DNA of 64,000 bases from Dehalococcoidia bacterium. Lineage in GTDB: Bacteria > Chloroflexota > Dehalococcoidia > Lucifugimonadales > UBA3495. A model generated the notes under the pieces. It was given only the letters and a program-made list of their open reading frames with translations, made no database searches and had not been told where the DNA came from. Positions 58,801 through 64,000 of the stretch are shown here, in pieces; the first letter of the stretch is position 1, and each line of letters starts with the position of its first letter. The stretch covers positions 779,209-843,208 of the forward strand of contig OY763410.1 of assembly GCA_963667415.1 (NCBI GenBank), in the 5' to 3' direction. The translations under genes were made by a program, and so were the position numbers.

Positions 58801-59498
58801 ATGGCCCAGCTCCGCTCCACCGGACCCTATTTGTGGGTAACATGGCTGCCCCGGCTGCTCTCCGGAGAAAGTTCCTGCGAATGGGCTACTTGTTTCAAGG
58901 CCCAGTATGAGGGCTGGAGCTGGAGTCGATTGCCTTCGACTTCGACCAGGCCGGCTGGCTCCTGAACCACACCGCCCTGCTGAACAAGCAGCGTGAGAGT
59001 TGGAAACAGCAGCGCTACACGGTACTGAGCGAAGGGCAGAACTCCTTCAGCATCCGCGTCAGCAGCGCCGTGCTGGCAGGCAAGCCCGACTTGGTCGCCA
59101 GGCGACGGGACCAGATAACCGTCATCGACGCCAAGACCGGCCGTCCCAGCGCGGCCCCCACCGCCTAGGTGTTGATCTACATGTACGCCCTTCCCATCGC
59201 ATTGCAACGTTACAAGGGACTGCTCATCGTTGGACAAGTGGCCTACCCTGACCACGTGGTTGACATACCGGCCGATGCAGTCGACGGGAGGTTCGAAGTG
59301 AACCTGGGAGGCCTCACCCGCCGCCTGGAGTCGAAGATGCCACCCAGGCGGGTGCCCCTCTCGGGAGAGTGTCGGTTCTGCGAGATCACGCCTTCCGACT
59401 GCCCCGTATGGCGGACGAGGGCCCTCGGCAGGAGGGCACGACCGGCGACTTCTGAAGGACACCAGACCAATAGGAGTGGAGAGCGACGGAAAAGTTGA
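58801..59498 (+). pseudogene. Cas4/RecB-like PD-(D/E)xK nuclease with Cys cluster, inactivated by a frameshift and an in-frame TAG
   Basis: N-terminal Cys (SGESSCEW). GKPDLVARRRDQITVIDAKTGRPSAAPTA*VLIYMYAL, where the TAG sits at the position of the conserved Gln of the QhxxY motif. C-terminal CRFCEITPSDC. Frameshift near 58950. Confidence 0.6.
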
Positions 59499-59697
59499 CC
59501 CAGACTCTGCATAAGACCAAGCACACCTAGAAATTGGCGAGGTGACAGGTACAACGAAACAATCCGGTATTCTCGGGAGGCCACGCTGGATACGACGAGA
59601 GAAGTCCGAATTTACCGGGCGAAATCTGTTAGTGAGTAGGAAGCGAATACAGAGTTACTGAAGCGACCGCAAGTGGGCCGCTTCTAGTCTGTAGGCG

Positions 59698-60180
59698 TCA
59701 GCCCTGAGAAGTGCCCTCCGGCGCAGGCGGCCGTTCCAGCAGCTCCAGCCAGTTGCCGTCGGGGTCCTGCATGTAACAGCCCTTGCTGGCCATGGGGTAT
59801 ACCGCTCCGGGCCGTATGGCAGGCGGGCTCACGAATCTCACCCCCCGACCCGAAAGCTCCGCGTAAAAGGCGTCCACATTGTCCACTATCACGCCCAAGT
59901 GCGAGGCCCCCACCTGATGCCGCTCTGGCATTGGAGCCGCAGACCCCGCGGGGTTCAGGTACTGGATCAACTCCACGGAATGCCGCAGGTCCCCCGATCC
60001 TAGGTAGATGATGTGCAGCATGGCGTCGGGATACCCCACCAACTCGGAGATGAACTCCCCCTCAAGGATCTGGTTACGCTCTTCCTTGAGTCCCAGGAGG
60101 TCCCGGTAGAACTCCAGCGACCGCTCCATGTCGCTGACCACAAACCCGGTGTGGTTCATCCATTCGACTTCCATTTTCAT
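59698..60180 (-). CDS. VOC-family (glyoxalase/bleomycin-resistance/dioxygenase) protein
   Basis: 160 aa. MNHTGFVVSDMERSLEFYRDLLGL... and HLGVIVDNVDAFYAEL... paired beta-alpha-beta-beta-beta modules. Confidence 0.8.
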   Translation of the reverse strand: MKMEVEWMNHTGFVVSDMERSLEFYRDLLGLKEERNQILEGEFISELVGYPDAMLHIIYLGSGDLRHSVELIQYLNPAGSAAPMPERHQVGASHLGVIVDNVDAFYAELSGRGVRFVSPPAIRPGAVYPMASKGCYMQDPDGNWLELLERPPAPEGTSQG

Positions 60181-60204
60181 CCTCCACGTTCGACGTATCA
60201 GCCT

Positions 60205-61797
60205 CTATCTTCCTTCTTTGATCCAGTCGGCCACCCTCTCGGCGATTAGGACGGCGGTGCAGTTGGTGTTGGCCCGGATCACGTCGGGCATCACCGAGGT
60301 GTCCACTACCCGCAGGCCCTCGGTCCCGTGCACGCGGCAATACTGGTCCACCACCGCCATCCCGTCGGCGGCAGGGCCCATCCTGCAGGTACCCGACGTG
60401 TGGTACTGGGTGCCGATGTTGTCCAGCAGCCACGCCTCCAGGGTCTCATCGGAAGCCAGGTCGGAGTCGGCAGGGAAAATACGGCGATTGAATAAGCCCC
60501 GGAATGCCGGGTGGTCGCCGAGCCGCACCGCCAGACGCACCCCTTCCCGGGTCCGCTGCAAGTCCCAGAGGTCGCCCATGTACCTGAAGTCCATGACCGG
60601 CGGGTCATCCGGGTTGCTGGAACGCAGCCTCAACTCCCCGGCGCTGAGAGCGTTCTGCACGCTGGCGAAAATGGCGACGCAGTGACCCTCGATGTCCAGC
60701 GGCAGCCCTGCCGGAACGTGGGCCGGGTCAATCGAAAGAACACCGAGGTGCATGTCGTCCCGGGTGGCTGACCCCTCCGTGGTGTAACGGAGCAGCGTTT
60801 GCAGCATGGCTTCAGTGTCGTCTTCCAACTCACCCTGGTACTCGTACAGGGCCATGGCCAGCGGATGATCACGCAGGTTTTGACCGACGCCGGACAGGTC
60901 GCGGACCACGTCGATACCCAGGTCCGCCAAGTGGCCGGCGGGCCCAACGCCGGAGAGCATCAGCAGCTGCGGCGTGGCAATGGCGCCGGAACTCACGATG
61001 ATCTCGTTCCCCAGCACCGTCATACGCTCCCCGCCGCTTTCCACCTCCACTCCGACCGCCCGCGTCCCGTCGAACAGTATCCGCCTGACGGGCGCGTTGG
61101 CTCGGATGGTCAGATTCAGCCGGTGGCGGGCCTGTGACAGGTAGGCCAGGGACATGCTCATGCGAACGCCATTCACGTGGTTCAAGGGCGCCGCGCCGAT
61201 CCCGGTGGCGTCGGGGCTGTTTTCGTCAAGGGACTCAGGGAATCCCTCGGCCAGACAGGCCTCGTAGAAGGCCCGGGCGAACGGGGCCATGTCCTCCCTC
61301 CGGTAACGCCGCACCGGGACCGGCCCGTCGGAACCGTGGAAATCGCCGCCGAAGTCCTGGTCGCTCTCCATCTTTCGGAAGTAGGGCAGCATGTTGGTGA
61401 AGGCCCACTCATCGTTGCCCAGTCCCGCCCAGCCGTCGTAATCCTCGGGTATTCCCCGCAGAAACACCTGGCCGTTTACCGCGCCGGAGCCGCCCACCAC
61501 CTTCCCTCGCGGAATGGGTATTTCGGCAGTCTGCCGCTCGGTGATGTTGCCCAGGTACTCCCAGCTGTGCGACCCGAAGGCGGACCTCAGGAAATTGTTT
61601 CCCCGTTTCAGGTCATCTGGCAAGAGGTCCAGCTCAGGGTAGTCGGGGCCTGCTTCCAGCAGCAACACGGAACGGTCTGGGTCCTCGGAAAGCCTGGCGG
61701 CCAGCACGCTGCCTGACGACCCGGCTCCGATCACGATGACGTCGTATATCACGTTCCACCTCCGGGCGGCTTTGATGGGCGCTATCGTACCCCACAC
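60205..61797 (-). CDS. GMC-family FAD-dependent oxidoreductase (choline dehydrogenase-like)
   Basis: 530 aa. N-terminal YDVIVIGAGSSGSVLAARLSEDP...LLLEAG FAD motif, GMC signature regions, and C-terminal HTSGTCRMG. Confidence 0.9.
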   Translation of the reverse strand: MWGTIAPIKAARRWNVIYDVIVIGAGSSGSVLAARLSEDPDRSVLLLEAGPDYPELDLLPDDLKRGNNFLRSAFGSHSWEYLGNITERQTAEIPIPRGKVVGGSGAVNGQVFLRGIPEDYDGWAGLGNDEWAFTNMLPYFRKMESDQDFGGDFHGSDGPVPVRRYRREDMAPFARAFYEACLAEGFPESLDENSPDATGIGAAPLNHVNGVRMSMSLAYLSQARHRLNLTIRANAPVRRILFDGTRAVGVEVESGGERMTVLGNEIIVSSGAIATPQLLMLSGVGPAGHLADLGIDVVRDLSGVGQNLRDHPLAMALYEYQGELEDDTEAMLQTLLRYTTEGSATRDDMHLGVLSIDPAHVPAGLPLDIEGHCVAIFASVQNALSAGELRLRSSNPDDPPVMDFRYMGDLWDLQRTREGVRLAVRLGDHPAFRGLFNRRIFPADSDLASDETLEAWLLDNIGTQYHTSGTCRMGPAADGMAVVDQYCRVHGTEGLRVVDTSVMPDVIRANTNCTAVLIAERVADWIKEGR

Positions 61798-62136
61798 TGC
61801 GAATAGTGGCTAACGATGGCAACCCAGGTTGTCAGGCCATGCGCGACAGCGTGCAGGATCCAGTACCGCAGGCCAATCCTAATCCGCTCACCGCTGCAGG
61901 CACAGCAGTAACCTGGGTGAATTCCGCAATTCGTCCATTCAACGGTCCGCCAAGAGCAATGAATCCATCGCCCCTGCATCCACTCGATGCAGTCCCCAGC
62001 AGGCGAGGCCGAACTACCGCCGTTTGACCCCAGTGCTTGGTAAACAGAGGATCCATGGCCAATTTGCTTCCGCCTGCACGCATTTTGTAATTCACACGGC
62101 CCGGCAGTCATCGTTGTAAACTGACCGGGATTACGA

Positions 62137-63890
62137 ATGCAGAACAACCGTGAGCGTAAGCAGCTTGTGGAAATTACAAAAGACTCGCTCACATACTCGG
62201 CCACCGACCTCGTGGGGTTCCTGGAATGCCAGCACCTGACAGGCCTCGAGCGGGCGACCCTTTCGGGCCACCTGGAAAGGCCCGAGCGCACGGACCTGGT
62301 ACTGGACCGCATTGCCCAGCGGGGCCAACTCCATGAGCAAAGATTCCTGTAGTCCCTGCATTCCGACGGGTTGCAAACAGTGGAGTTGGAACTCGACTCC
62401 AGCCGTCCCCGCGGCGAACGCCTGGCCAAGGGAAGAGATGACACCCTGAGGGCGATGCAGACCGGCGTGGACGTCATCTACCAGGCCGTCCTAATTGACG
62501 GACGACGGCTGAGGCTCGCCGACTTCCTGCGGCGCGTGGAACACCCCAGCGTTTTGGAGAACTGGAGCTACGAAGTCTGGGACACCAAGCTGGCCCGCCA
62601 CGCCAAGGCCTCCGCCGTCCTGCAGCTCTGCATGTAGTCCGACCTGCTTCGCAAATACCAGGGACACCCACCCTCCGAAATGCACCTCGCCCTCGGAGGC
62701 GTGAATGGACACACGGTCTCATTCCGAGTCGCCGATTACGCCGCGTACTACCGCATGGTCGCACGTGAATTCGAAACGTTCCTGGAATCATCTACCACTT
62801 ATCCCCTCGCCACGGCTCCCGAGCCGGTCGAGCACTGCGGCGTCTGCCGCTGGAGCGAAGGGTGCCGCGCCCAATGGCGGGCGGAGGACGACTTGTCCCT
62901 GTTCGTCGACCTGCACCGCGCCGTCCGCCAAGGAATCCGGGCCTCCGTCGAAAGCTATTCCATCAAGCGTCTCGAGCCGCTGTACACCTTCGATCGGGAG
63001 ATTGACCTCCGCGACGCCGGCACCAGCATCGTGGAGTTCGAAACGTGGCTCGGGCTCGGGCAGGGCGACGAGCGAAATGAGCTGCTCGCCAGAATCGAGG
63101 AATACAACAGGGACGACTGCCTCTCCACCATGCACCTCAGGGATTGGCTCGAAGGGCAGAGGACCGAACTCGAAGGTGAAATCGGCTCCGTCCTGCCCAG
63201 ATCCGCCGTCCCCGAACCGGTGGAAACGGAGGACTCCGATGCCCAGAAGGCAGTGAACGCCCTGGCCGAATCCCTGATCTTCGGCCTGCCCGAAAGCACC
63301 GACCGGATGACGGGCTCCCAACACGGGCAGTGGCTGCTTGCCCAGCTGCTAAACTGGCACCGCCGGGAGAACAAGTCCTTCTGGTGGCGGTACTTCTACC
63401 TGGTCTATGAACTCACGGACGCGGAGCGGCGCTATGAGCCCGACGCCCTGGCGGAACTGACCTTCGAGTCCCGGTGGGCGGACCCCGCACAGGGAACACG
63501 CTCCACCATCTACCGTTTCAGGTCCCCCCACAGGACCATGCCATCAGGCCCGGCGCCAATCCCCGCGACCCGGAAACACAAAAGCCGGTAGGGACCGTAT
63601 TTCACATCGATGACGCGCAGGGAGTGATCGACAACAGGTGCGGCAACAACTGGCCCGCCCCCAACGCCCTGTCGCTCATTCCCTTCGATTTCTTCGACCC
63701 CAAGCCCAAGCAAGAAAGCCTGCAGTGCCTGGCGCACTGAATGATCGAAGACGGCATCGACAGCCCCGGACGGTTCCGGGCAACCCGGGAGCTGCTCACC
63801 CATGGCCCTGCTCCATTCGTACTGCTCAAGGTCGCCTGTGAAGTAATGGCGGCGACCTCCCAGTTCCAGGGCTTGCTGCTCGTCTACCAT
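62137..63890 (+). pseudogene. TM0106-type RecB-like nuclease (normally nuclease-exonuclease-helicase fusion), decayed and 3'-truncated
   Basis: A single frame from 62137 to 63591 carries two in-frame TAGs (62350-62352 and 62635-62637). Motifs include YSATDLVGFLECQHL, YEVWDTKLARHAKASAVLQLCM*SDLL and PEPVEHCGVCRW..GC. Frameshifts occur after ~63500. No AAA helicase module before the AT-rich end of the window. Confidence 0.6.
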
Positions 63891-64000
63891 TTATAGAGAC
63901 GACGCATTCTAATAAATGCTACATAGAAATCGCTCGATAATCCACGTTTATTTCATATCCGCGAAATACACTCCTGGTGGTCTATCTTATTAAGTGAAAT

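Noticed and set aside
34565-62637. Possible stop-codon recoding (TAG or TGA read as sense), because several in-frame stops sit at conserved residues.
   Set aside because: TAG clearly terminates intact genes here (hamA-like at 3674, batA-like at 16035, batC-like at 17739). TGA terminates many others (helicase, HIRAN, sulP, batB, batD, batE). Most stop-containing genes also carry frameshifts or truncations, so ordinary pseudogenisation is the simpler explanation.

Overview
Visibly GC-rich bacterial chromosomal segment. It mixes housekeeping and catabolic genes with very large secreted proteins and a lot of mobile-element and defence-gene debris. All calls come from reading the ORF translations and the DNA by eye; no searches were run.

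Layout, left to right:
1. 160-4444 (minus): a Hachiman-like hamA-hamB pair with a tightly coupled third gene encoding a standalone HIRAN domain. This is my best candidate for an undescribed system variant.
2. 4787-6950: two head-to-head 5'-truncated IS110-family transposase genes and a roughly 490-bp Tn3-derived miniature element with intact terminal inverted repeats.
3. 7675-10121: a SulP/STAS transporter and a lipoprotein, followed by a roughly 2-kb gene-poor stretch.
4. 12117-19960: a complete eight-gene MoxR-DUF58-vWA-vWA-TPR-BatD-SH3 (Bat-like) operon.
5. 19971-30534 (minus): a co-directional block of histidine kinase, LuxR-type response regulator, a 1967-aa S8 protease/LRR/CARDB/FN3 mosaic protein and three secreted ankyrin-repeat proteins.
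6. 31019-39900: a TM2 protein, an intact IS5-family element, amidohydrolase, quinone reductase and LLM oxidoreductase genes, a DUF5678 plus retropepsin-like pair, and a patchwork of gene fragments.
7. 40292-53080: two more giant repeat proteins (1562 aa and 1110 aa), an HTH-membrane regulator and a double-Cache lipoprotein.
8. 53100-64000: a decayed accessory region with IS21 and rve transposase wrecks and Cas4-like and RecB-like nuclease pseudogenes, interrupted by intact VOC and GMC oxidoreductase genes.

The abundance of ankyrin, LRR, cadherin-like and FN3 modules, together with LLM, amidohydrolase and GMC paralogues, suggests an uncultivated host-associated (for example sponge-symbiont) lineage, possibly Chloroflexota-like. 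That is inference only. I saw no rRNA gene, convincing tRNA gene or CRISPR array.
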